The position numbers were made by a program, and so were the translations under genes. Positions 48,200 to 56,590 of a stretch of 64,000 nucleotides of DNA are shown here, piece by piece (the first letter of the stretch is position 1; every line of letters begins with the position of its first letter). The stretch lies in UHGV virus genome UHGV-1370141. The stretch is one strand, 5' to 3'. This stretch comes from a virus. The notes beneath the pieces are model-generated. The model did no database searches and was not told where the DNA came from. It worked only from the letters and a program-made list of their open reading frames with translations.

Positions 48200-49042
48200 T
48201 TATTTAAGATTCCGAACTTCTCTCATCTCGTTACAAAATCTATCAAACAGCTGGGCGTATTCGCCAACGTGAGCTTCTAGCTGTCCAAAAAAGTGGCGTG
48301 AAAGTCGTTCGCTGATTTCTTTTTCGTATTTCTTGAGAACGTGTTTAAAATATTCACCGTCTCTCTTAATTTTCTGCGCAAGGGGTTCCAGAACTTTAAG
48401 AACCCATGGTTTGTTTGGGATCAAGAGATTCAGGTTACCTTCAAGATATTTGCTTTGATAAATTATAAATAGATGGTGTTCGTGTTCATCTTTCACTGCG
48501 CGAATAAACTCGGCAGCATCGGCCTCGCTAATATCCTCAACTGTAAATAGCAGAATATTTTCTTTCTCTATGTCATTCAATAGGTTATTTAAAAAAGCGC
48601 GATAAGTAGCACCTTCATAGTTCACTTTAAGCACGTTGTTTTCAACCAGATAAGTGAATTTGTCGTTGTAAAAAAGGTATAATATCGAACCGATTTTACC
48701 TGCCTGTTTGGGGGTAAGTGGAATCTCGTCTGTGAAGTAAGCGACGTCTTTCGCAGTTGGCTTGTCTTTTAGCCTACAAGTCATTTGATCCGGAATTTCT
48801 GGATCTTTAGGCGTCTCAACAGCCCGTACTAAAATATCCATAACCGCACTAATGAGCTTGTTAGGGAAATCGACCTCGCCTTCTACCCAGAAAATGTTAA
48901 ACGCTTCTGATTTAACTTTATAGTAAAACGTGTATGTGTTTTGTAGCTCAGTGATTTCTTTAATTTGATCCTCAGTAGGGATAGGGGAAATTTTAAACTT
49001 GTTGATAACCTTTTCTTCTTCGGTGAGTTCGAACTGAAACAT
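48200..49042 (-). CDS. Hypothetical protein (domain shared with 43332..44498)
   Basis: 280 aa; AAGGAGG RBS; EADAAEFIRAVKDEHEHHL segment. Confidence 0.55.
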   Translation of the reverse strand: MFQFELTEEEKVINKFKISPIPTEDQIKEITELQNTYTFYYKVKSEAFNIFWVEGEVDFPNKLISAVMDILVRAVETPKDPEIPDQMTCRLKDKPTAKDVAYFTDEIPLTPKQAGKIGSILYLFYNDKFTYLVENNVLKVNYEGATYRAFLNNLLNDIEKENILLFTVEDISEADAAEFIRAVKDEHEHHLFIIYQSKYLEGNLNLLIPNKPWVLKVLEPLAQKIKRDGEYFKHVLKKYEKEISERLSRHFFGQLEAHVGEYAQLFDRFCNEMREVRNLK

Positions 49043-49053
49043 GCTACTCCTCC

Positions 49054-49497
49054 TTAAATCATTGCTGGGAATTCGAAATCAATCTTATTTACGATCCCGT
49101 AATCTTCTTTTAGTTGAATGTTTAATGTTCCCTGAAATAACTCAAGAGAACCGATGAAGAACGCTGTGTAGCAGTTTCCACGAACAGAAAAGGCAAGATC
49201 CAATCCCCTTAAACAGCGTTTTAAGGTATCGTGTTCTTCTTTACTACCGAACAACTGGAAATTGATAACGGTAATCTGTTTGTTAATGATTGCCATTAAC
49301 CAATTTTTAATTCTTTTCGTGGTTATACTCTCTTTAAAATCGTTAGCTTCTGGTAGCCAACTAACGTGAACAAACGGAGCGGCATAATCCACGCGAACCT
49401 TTTGCTGCCAACGTACTTGCATCAAACCACGAATACGATTTGCTAACGTTTCAGAATCACAAAGTAGCATAATGCCATTAGTAGTATTTGGTTTCAT
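49054..49497 (-). CDS. Hypothetical protein
   Basis: 147 aa; AAGGAAGGA RBS. Confidence 0.55.
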   Translation of the reverse strand: MKPNTTNGIMLLCDSETLANRIRGLMQVRWQQKVRVDYAAPFVHVSWLPEANDFKESITTKRIKNWLMAIINKQITVINFQLFGSKEEHDTLKRCLRGLDLAFSVRGNCYTAFFIGSLELFQGTLNIQLKEDYGIVNKIDFEFPAMI

Positions 49498-49563
49498 AAT
49501 TGTCCTTCCTTCTTAATGTACTCTTCAACTCAGCTATAACTAGTGGAGTGAACGTAATTTTCA

Positions 49564-49589
49564 CTCTCCCCTAGGTAATATATATCTGA
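49564..49589 (-). promoter_or_regulatory. Conserved 26-bp promoter-like motif, copy 4 of 4
   Basis: Minus strand TCAGATATATATTACCTAGGGGAGAG about 65 nt upstream of 49054..49497. Confidence 0.4.
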
Positions 49590-49636
49590 GAAAAAATAAA
49601 AAAGGTAGTAGGGGCTAAGCCCCTACTACCTAAAAT

Positions 49637-50257
49637 TTATTTCATTCCGTTCTGAGAAAGTGTTGTCCCTGCAAGATGCTTAATAACGATCTTGACAGGC
49701 AAATTACTATTCTCGTACTGTACTTCGGTTTCAGACAAATCGGTGATATCGACAACTTTAGAAGGTACTTTCGCTAAGACAACCCGAATGGTGTGGGTTA
49801 TCGTACTGGCTGTGGTCTTTGTATTACTAATGTAGAAGTACGCATCAATAATACCGCCGTCTTCTGCCAGATAAACCAATTTATTTTCCAACAGACACTG
49901 GGTATAAATTGACACTCCAGATAATTGCGAAATCCCCAGTCTATTATTAACGTCAACTGTTGTTTTGCAGATTACCGCACCACCTGTCAACGTTTTTTCT
50001 ACCACCATATTTCCCGATAAGGTTTTTGCATCCATTTTTGGTACAATCGGATGAGTGCCGTCAACAAACAACCCATCGCTGTTAGACTTAAGGATGTTAT
50101 TCGCCGACGGACTCACTGTAACCTCGCCACCCCCTAATTTCTCAATCGGGAGTTGGTATTCAGTTTGTTCCTTAGACGCTAAGACTACTACACCCGTGAT
50201 GTCTTCTGAAAGTGTCTCCAGTTCATGAATGCGCACCTTTCCTACCAGTTCAGCCAT
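49637..50257 (-). CDS. Short receptor-binding / fiber protein with conserved N-terminal anchor domain
   Basis: N-terminus MAELVGKVRIHELETLSEDITGVVVLASKEQTEYQLPIEKL matches N-termini of 52032..56513 and 59597..60058. Confidence 0.55.
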   Translation of the reverse strand: MAELVGKVRIHELETLSEDITGVVVLASKEQTEYQLPIEKLGGGEVTVSPSANNILKSNSDGLFVDGTHPIVPKMDAKTLSGNMVVEKTLTGGAVICKTTVDVNNRLGISQLSGVSIYTQCLLENKLVYLAEDGGIIDAYFYISNTKTTASTITHTIRVVLAKVPSKVVDITDLSETEVQYENSNLPVKIVIKHLAGTTLSQNGMK

Positions 50258-50772
50258 TAGTGGCCTCCGAATGTTAAGACACGGTTATCTGCGGTAACGA
50301 TTAAATCGTTGTCTTTTACTACAGCGGCTTCTTCATCGTTACCGAAAACCAGAACGGAGAATTGGCCTTTATAACCTAACGAGTTGGGTGAAACCTGTAA
50401 CGTTACAGCGTCTTTCCCTACGGTAAATGATTCGTCGGTAAGATCGTCGGGTTGTAAATTACAACCACAAGCCGCGTTAATTCCGTCGATTAGATCGTGT
50501 GCGGTAAAGCCATTACCGGAAACCTTTACCAGAATAGGTTGCTGGTTTAACCACCGCTCTGCGGTTAAACGGTTGTAATAAATCTGTAACGTTCTGTTGT
50601 CCGGACGTTTTATCTTTACAACAGCAGTGGTGTCACGATCCATTTCGTTACTGGTCTTTACGTCGCTGACTTCAACCTCGTTCTCTTGCAGGTCGAGCTG
50701 GAGGTCATGGTTAACCAGTGAAATAACCATGTTAAGTGAAGTTAACGACAAATCTGGCGTGAATTGTTCCAC
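50257..50772 (-). CDS. Hypothetical protein, paralog of 60024..60587
   Basis: GTG start with GGAGGT RBS; N-terminus FTPDLSLTSLNMVISLVNHD vs YVPDLSLTSAELVVALINHD; TAATG overlap with downstream gene. Confidence 0.55.
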   Translation of the reverse strand: MEQFTPDLSLTSLNMVISLVNHDLQLDLQENEVEVSDVKTSNEMDRDTTAVVKIKRPDNRTLQIYYNRLTAERWLNQQPILVKVSGNGFTAHDLIDGINAACGCNLQPDDLTDESFTVGKDAVTLQVSPNSLGYKGQFSVLVFGNDEEAAVVKDNDLIVTADNRVLTFGGH

Positions 50773-50827
50773 GTATGGTTACCTCCTATGATTGGGGAGA
50801 CGTAAAATGTTGGCTAAAAACATTTCA

Positions 50828-50836
50828 CCCCCCCCC
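50828..50836. repeat. C9 homopolymer in conserved intergenic context TCA-C(n)-GATT
   Basis: Read directly; about 55 nt upstream of 50257..50772 start. Confidence 0.8.
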
Positions 50837-50870
50837 GATTACGTTTTCAAGCACACTCGCTTGAAAATTA

Positions 50871-51377
50871 TTAACTGATTTTGAAATCTCTTAACGTACC
50901 AGTTGATCTCATCACGTTTTGAAAAGCAGTGCTGATGTTATTAGTCCAGTAGTAATGCTGTCCGTTAATAACCTGCTGATAGGTCAGTGCGCAAGTGTTA
51001 CCGCCTAGATTTACAGTGATGTTAGAGGCCCTGCCGCCTTGTAAGTAAACCGCTAAACTAGGCCTTGCGTTGCCAACTACCGTCGTTAACTGTAATTCGA
51101 TACCTACTAAAGTTCCCACCCCGCAGTTACCCGCGTTTTGAATGGTCCCCTGATTTTTCTGGTTTAACGGCCAATTTGGTCCTACTGCGCCCCATTTCTT
51201 ACCTAAAGAATCTCTATATGCGGCAGTTGCAATTTTACAGCCCATAGATCTTCCCACCATTTGACTCATCATAAAAGGTCTACTCAATCCTAATTTACTA
51301 CCCGCAGCGCTCATCCACTGTTCGCCCGTTTCATTCCTAGCTGAAGATCCGACCCATCCTGACGCTACCCCCCCCAT
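50871..51377 (-). CDS. Putative fiber-tip adhesin-like protein (paralog of 51394..52032 N-terminus)
   Basis: AAGGAGGG RBS; N-terminal GWVGSSARNETGEQWMSAA shared with neighbour; G8 run spans the start codon (ATGGGGGGGG). Confidence 0.5.
   Translation of the reverse strand: MGGVASGWVGSSARNETGEQWMSAAGSKLGLSRPFMMSQMVGRSMGCKIATAAYRDSLGKKWGAVGPNWPLNQKNQGTIQNAGNCGVGTLVGIELQLTTVVGNARPSLAVYLQGGRASNITVNLGGNTCALTYQQVINGQHYYWTNNISTAFQNVMRSTGTLRDFKIS
51368..51375. repeat. G8/C8 homopolymer overlapping the start codon of 50871..51377
   Basis: Plus strand C8 at 51368-51375 = minus-strand ATG-GGG-GGG-G. Confidence 0.8.
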
Positions 51378-51393
51378 CTACCCTCCTTTTTAA

Positions 51394-52032
51394 TTAAACA
51401 CGTGAACCGTATATTGCACCTACTGCGTCCCATCTTGGCGCATTACCAGTAACAGCTTTACCAGCTGCTCCGCCGTTATATTCTGTACCGTTACCATGAG
51501 TATTACATCTTCCTCCAGCAGCACCGACATTACCACCCGAACCGCCTGTATATGCACTAAGAGACCCCTCACCAACAGATCCTCTACCAGGAGCGGAAAT
51601 AGTACCAGCAGCTGCACCGGAACTCATATGAGAGGAAGACCCACCAGCACCGCCTGGCGAGTTAGAACCACCGTTGCCTCCTCTGCCGTATACTGTAACC
51701 CCAGGATTGATGATGAGTGTAATATACGAATTTGGAAGATTGCTAGGGAATTCTAAACAAGGAACCCCGCTACTATAAGACACTAAATCCCCTGTAATGG
51801 TCACAACGACAGCAGTAGAGCCTAAAGAACGTAAATAGTTAATAAGAGTATCCTTATTATAGCTATGGTTAGCACCAATAGAATAATGGACCTCTTTTGA
51901 TTTTCCCGCCAATTGCGACATCCAGCCTGGAACCGGCACACCAAGTGTGCGCATCGCGCCAGACATCCATTCGTTACCAGCTTCAGCTTTTGCTGAAGAA
52001 CCAATCCAACCACCTACGCCGACAACTGCCAC
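51394..52032 (-). CDS. Glycine-rich adhesin-like protein (gp38-type architecture), putative
   Basis: GTG start coupled to fiber stop; conserved N-terminal domain then Gly-rich tracts (GRGGNGGSNSPGGAGG..., TGGSGGNVGAAGG). Confidence 0.5.
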   Translation of the reverse strand: MAVVGVGGWIGSSAKAEAGNEWMSGAMRTLGVPVPGWMSQLAGKSKEVHYSIGANHSYNKDTLINYLRSLGSTAVVVTITGDLVSYSSGVPCLEFPSNLPNSYITLIINPGVTVYGRGGNGGSNSPGGAGGSSSHMSSGAAAGTISAPGRGSVGEGSLSAYTGGSGGNVGAAGGRCNTHGNGTEYNGGAAGKAVTGNAPRWDAVGAIYGSRV

Positions 52033-55000
52033 TAGGATCTCCCTTTGATTTCGTTAACCTCTTGACGCAACGCTTTCATACCCTCTACTAACAGCGCAAT
52101 AACGCCATTGTAGTTTAGACGTAAACGTTTTTCGCCTGAAATGGCATCATCATCCTCAGACACAAGTTCAGGTAACGCTTCTAATGCGTCTTGAGCAATT
52201 AGACCTACAGAAGTTTGCCAACCGTCATCCGGATGCTGAATTTCGTACAAATAACCAGTTAGTAACTCTAACCGATCCAAAGCCTTATCCAGCTTCACCA
52301 GATTACGTTTGTTACGACGGTCAGAACGAATCTGTACGTCGTTAAACGAACCGTTACCGCTGCCAGTAACGTTATGACCAAAGGTTACTTGGCCATTAGC
52401 GTTATTAAAATACAACGGACGTAGTCCGTTCCAGGAACCCGTTGCAGCTTGTCCGGCGTCGGTTACTAAGAAATAGGTATTGGCACCATCGTTACGTAAC
52501 ATAAAGCCGTAGTTGCCGTAAGCGATTCGAAAATCAGGGTACTTAGTGACCAATTTACCGTTAACGGTTAAATCGCCACCTATAGTACCGCCCCCTGACG
52601 GTAACGCACCGATGTCACCAGCGTTAGGTTTGTTGTGTGTGCTGTAAATCAGATAGACGGTACCGTCTGTTAGTCCTGCGGGTTTATTAGCCGTATAGCT
52701 TGGCGATGTGTGAATCGTTACGTTGGCATTACTAGTGTAGTCCCACTGAATATTAACACCGGTGGCGTAATTACCTATTTCAACATAAATATCGTAAGTG
52801 TCACCAGATGTATTCACCCATGCAAAATTAGTGAAGCCGACTGAGGTCAGTCGCCATAACGCACCAGTAATACCTTTTGGATTCCCATTTCCTGCACGCA
52901 GAACCAGCTCAGAGATACCTGCTTGATGCGGGGAACCAACGTTAAACCCTGCACCACCAATCAGGCTTATGTAAACCACGGAACTGGCTTGTGGCATCGT
53001 TACAGTTGCTAGTTTGAACCATCCGGCACCACCATTAAAAGACACAGTTGTTGTGTTCGCGGCACCAACATTTCGTAAGAATTTTCTCTTATCTGGAATA
53101 TCGGCACCGTTCTGTTTCTTCTGCAATGACCCACCGGCCAATTCTACAGTTTGGCCAAGATTTAAACTTTCAGCCGTTATTTCGATGTTTTTAGTGCCGT
53201 CAAACGCAATACCGTTGATGGTTCTTGCAGTTTGCAACTTTGTTGCAGTGGCCGCGTTTCCGGTGGTCGACTGATTACCCGTTTGGTTTACTCCAGGAAG
53301 ATTAACGTCTTTCGTCCCATCGAAAACCACACCACCGATCCTACGTCCTGTTTGTAACTTGGTAGCGGTTGCTGCATTACCTGTCGTATTCTGGTTGCCT
53401 TGCTGGTTAACCCCCGGTAAATTGATATCCCCAGTACCGTCAAAGGTAACGCCGCCGATTCTGCGAGCGGTTTTCAGTTTCGTCGCGGTAGCGGCGTTGC
53501 CGGTAGTATCTTGATTACCTGTGGTATTTACGCCAGGAATACTGTCACGGGCAGTATAAACTTGTGCCCAATCTGACCACGGCGCATCTGCCGTATCACG
53601 TCGACTACGAATATAAACTGGCGCGTGCGCACCACTCGTGCCCGACCAACCAATTAACAACTCGCCTTCGCCTAGCGCAGCAGAACCACCCAAATGCAGT
53701 AAGTTACCATAAGCGGTCGGATAACCGTTATTGTAAACTTCGTACATCTGAATACCAGGCGTACCTTTGTTTGAACCAGTCAGTGCAGTAACACGTCCAC
53801 GTCCTACCAACGTGTTGATATTGATGTCTCTAGACCCATCAAATTTCACACCGTTGATGTTTCGAGCCGTTTGTAATTTGGTTGCGGTTCCCGCGTTCCC
53901 AGAGGTGTTTTGATTACCTTGTTGGTTAACACCTGGGAGGTTAACGTCGCCGCTACCGTCGAAGGCGACCCCACCAATTCTACGTGCCGTCTTTAATTTA
54001 GTGGCGGTTGAAGCATTGCCTGTTAACTCACCTGCTAACCCTTTTGCAAAGGTCTGTTTTTCTGCCCAGGTGTGCGCTGCGTTCAATACAGGCATCTGGC
54101 GTGGCGTAATTGTTCGACTACCTTTCTCACCAGCGATACGAACAGCAAAGAAGCGATAGTTGGCAGTAGACACCGTACTACGCCAAACCAACATGCTCCG
54201 ACCGGTGCCGGTGTCATCAGACGGCCCTACAAGGATGTTAACTAAGTTACCGTCAATCACACCCCAATCCATTCCCGCAGGAATATTTTTCATGGTGTTC
54301 AACGGTGACGTTAACATCTGACCGGGAACGAAGTCGTAGGTTTGCCAGTCTAACGGGTCAACCTTAGCAGCTACACCACCAATGCCTAAAACTAACGGAA
54401 GTGAATACGAGGTGAAAACCTCTCGCCACCCACTCCAAATGTTACCCGTACGGATACGTTGGAATTTACGACCTTTAGTTTCTCTACCCGTGCCGTATGT
54501 GGTATAATTCTGTTCGACCCCTGTACCGTCTAAGCGTAAGGTAACTTCACAAACGCCTACCACGGTTTCGCTAGAAGAACCGATAAGTGGACCGTTAGTT
54601 GCCTCACCAGTGACACTGAAACGACCCGGTTTAACGAGATCGTTAAAATTGGCTTTAAAGAAAGCACCGTCAGTCTGATAACCAACCTGAATCCAATCTT
54701 CCCATTGTGGGTTTGATGAATCCCACGTTGCAGTCAAACCACGGACATACATTGTGCCACGACGCGTAGTGTATCGCTGCAACCGTCCGAAAAGACCACC
54801 TTCCATTACTTCTAGTACGCCTTGCGCGTTACCGCCTTCTTCAGGGTAATGCCGGTCGAACACCGCTAACGAACTGGACGAGTTCCGCCAGTTACCCATA
54901 TGCTCAGCGCCACCCAGAGAGTTCAAGTCTATAGAGGTAGACAGTGGGCGAACACCAGTGGTTACCATTCTCCACGGTGACCAGGGTCCATTAGTTCCGT

Positions 55001-56513
55001 TCCACACACCTGACAACATACGGTTGTACACGTTACCATTACGACAGGTAAAACGTTGCGCGCCACTGTAGTTGCCCGCTTTATACACTTCCAGATAACC
55101 GACTGCACCGTCTTCTGGGAAGTGTTTTGCCATCGACGCATTGGTTGATGTCGACTTAGACCACGTTCCTGTGTAATTAGCATCTGGAGCAAATGTGTTA
55201 ATATCAGCATCTACAGGCATTTCGCCACGGAAACGCAGGTAGGTATCAGGAGATAGGCCGATGTTGCGAGCAAAAGTTTCTTTATCTGGGATATCAGCGC
55301 CGTTAGAGTTTTTCTGTAACGCACCATTCGCTTTATCGACGGTAGTTTTCAAACCCAGGAAGTTAATGATATCCGCCGTCGACCCTTTCGCTAACAAATC
55401 GCGCGCAGTCGAGGTGAAATCCGCTAATCCCACCCGATTACTACCGGTAAAGTAAGGGAGTTTGTTTGCAGCGGTGGTGACTGCGGCAATCGCTGTCAGT
55501 AACGGACTTAACGGCTGTTTACCCGCGAGTTGGTTCGTTATCGTTGTCGCAAAGTTAGGATCGTTTCCTAACGCGGCTGCAATTTCTGATAACGTATCTA
55601 ACGTCTCGGGTGAAGAGTCCACTAATTCAGCAATCGCTTGCCGTACCCATGCCGTCGTTGAGACTGTCGTGTCGTTAGAATCCGCAGCAGGAGTCGGAGC
55701 TTTTACTACGCCAGTAAACGTCGGCGAGTGACGGTTTGCTTTTAACTGCAAATCATCATTTAACTGCTTAACCGTTGACGGTGTAGCCGCTTCCGTAACC
55801 GAGTCACTGGTTAAGGTATTATTAAGTTTAACGATACCTTTACTGGACGTTGTTGCATCAACGTTACCTTTTGCAGCGATTTCCTCTGCACGCTTAGCGG
55901 CTGCCTCAGAACGCGTTGCCGCATTCTCTGCGGTTTCTTTGTCTGAGGTAACTTGCGTTGCTGTAGCCTCTACAGAGGCTTTTGACGACTCTACTGACGC
56001 GACAGCTTCGTTAACTGCCGTAAGCGACTGTTCTACTTGACCGGCTTGTGTGGCAACAGTTTCTGCTTTCTTCGTAACGGTAGTCACCGCTTGTGTGACG
56101 TTGGCCTCGCTTGCCGCTACCGCTTGTGCTTTCTCATTAACGGACACAACCTGGGTATCTACCGCCGTTTTCGCGGCTAACACTTCAGTGTGTTTTGTAC
56201 CGACCTCAGTTGCTTTTTCGGTTACAGTTTGCGCTTGTTGAGCAACCGTAGCCGCAACGGTGTCAGTTTGTTGTTTTGCTGTTTCTGCTAAATTCTTTGC
56301 TTGTGTAGCCTGAGTTGCAGCTTCTTGTGATTGTGTTGCTGCTGCTTGTGCATCAGACACCGCATTACGCACGGTGTCAATATCTGCAACGATCTCACGG
56401 ACTGGTAACTTATAATCTTTCTCATCTTTGGAGAAAAGTAAAACACCTTCACCGATATCCCCGGTGTATGGACGTAAGTCGTGTAAACGAATTTTCTTTA
56501 CCGCTTTAGCCAT
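52032..56513 (-). CDS. Long tail fiber (1493 aa) with N-terminal anchor, coiled-coil stalk, 40-aa repeats and C-terminal intramolecular chaperone (S74-like) domain
   Basis: Anchor MAKAVKKIRLHDLRPYTGDIGEGVLLFSKDEKDYKLPV; fiber motifs ATPSTVKQLNDDL and PTFTGVVKAP; repeats TGNAATATKL.TARRIGGV.FDGT.D.NLPGVNQ; C-terminal SDRRNKRNLVKLD...GLIAQDALEALPELV chaperone-like. Confidence 0.75.
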   Translation of the reverse strand: MAKAVKKIRLHDLRPYTGDIGEGVLLFSKDEKDYKLPVREIVADIDTVRNAVSDAQAAATQSQEAATQATQAKNLAETAKQQTDTVAATVAQQAQTVTEKATEVGTKHTEVLAAKTAVDTQVVSVNEKAQAVAASEANVTQAVTTVTKKAETVATQAGQVEQSLTAVNEAVASVESSKASVEATATQVTSDKETAENAATRSEAAAKRAEEIAAKGNVDATTSSKGIVKLNNTLTSDSVTEAATPSTVKQLNDDLQLKANRHSPTFTGVVKAPTPAADSNDTTVSTTAWVRQAIAELVDSSPETLDTLSEIAAALGNDPNFATTITNQLAGKQPLSPLLTAIAAVTTAANKLPYFTGSNRVGLADFTSTARDLLAKGSTADIINFLGLKTTVDKANGALQKNSNGADIPDKETFARNIGLSPDTYLRFRGEMPVDADINTFAPDANYTGTWSKSTSTNASMAKHFPEDGAVGYLEVYKAGNYSGAQRFTCRNGNVYNRMLSGVWNGTNGPWSPWRMVTTGVRPLSTSIDLNSLGGAEHMGNWRNSSSSLAVFDRHYPEEGGNAQGVLEVMEGGLFGRLQRYTTRRGTMYVRGLTATWDSSNPQWEDWIQVGYQTDGAFFKANFNDLVKPGRFSVTGEATNGPLIGSSSETVVGVCEVTLRLDGTGVEQNYTTYGTGRETKGRKFQRIRTGNIWSGWREVFTSYSLPLVLGIGGVAAKVDPLDWQTYDFVPGQMLTSPLNTMKNIPAGMDWGVIDGNLVNILVGPSDDTGTGRSMLVWRSTVSTANYRFFAVRIAGEKGSRTITPRQMPVLNAAHTWAEKQTFAKGLAGELTGNASTATKLKTARRIGGVAFDGSGDVNLPGVNQQGNQNTSGNAGTATKLQTARNINGVKFDGSRDININTLVGRGRVTALTGSNKGTPGIQMYEVYNNGYPTAYGNLLHLGGSAALGEGELLIGWSGTSGAHAPVYIRSRRDTADAPWSDWAQVYTARDSIPGVNTTGNQDTTGNAATATKLKTARRIGGVTFDGTGDINLPGVNQQGNQNTTGNAATATKLQTGRRIGGVVFDGTKDVNLPGVNQTGNQSTTGNAATATKLQTARTINGIAFDGTKNIEITAESLNLGQTVELAGGSLQKKQNGADIPDKRKFLRNVGAANTTTVSFNGGAGWFKLATVTMPQASSVVYISLIGGAGFNVGSPHQAGISELVLRAGNGNPKGITGALWRLTSVGFTNFAWVNTSGDTYDIYVEIGNYATGVNIQWDYTSNANVTIHTSPSYTANKPAGLTDGTVYLIYSTHNKPNAGDIGALPSGGGTIGGDLTVNGKLVTKYPDFRIAYGNYGFMLRNDGANTYFLVTDAGQAATGSWNGLRPLYFNNANGQVTFGHNVTGSGNGSFNDVQIRSDRRNKRNLVKLDKALDRLELLTGYLYEIQHPDDGWQTSVGLIAQDALEALPELVSEDDDAISGEKRLRLNYNGVIALLVEGMKALRQEVNEIKGRS
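53165..53560 (-). repeat. Three or more tandem 120-nt (40-aa) repeats inside the tail fiber gene
   Basis: Period 120 nt seen at 53211, 53331, 53451; diverged at DNA level. Confidence 0.6.
53810..54045 (-). repeat. Two further copies of the 40-aa fiber repeat
   Basis: Protein repeats ...GNASTATKLKTARRIGGVAFDGSGDVNLPGVNQQGNQ / ...GNAGTATKLQTARNINGVKFDGSRDININ. Confidence 0.5.
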
Positions 56514-56542
56514 GATATTTAATTCTCTATCGGGAGCTAAAA

Positions 56543-56576
56543 GATCTGGGGGAGGTAAGCACCTCCCCCAACATTT
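56543..56576 (-). terminator. Intrinsic terminator / attenuator upstream of the long fiber gene
   Basis: Perfect hairpin TGGGGGAGGT-aagc-ACCTCCCCCA flanked by short T-runs. Confidence 0.5.
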
Positions 56577-56590
56577 TTATAAGCGGGTTA

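Noticed and set aside
8846-49589. Resemblance of the 26-bp motif (TTAGGTGA core) to single-subunit phage RNA-polymerase promoters
   Set aside because: Only a short partial match; no RNA polymerase gene in this window; kept as a generic promoter-like motif.
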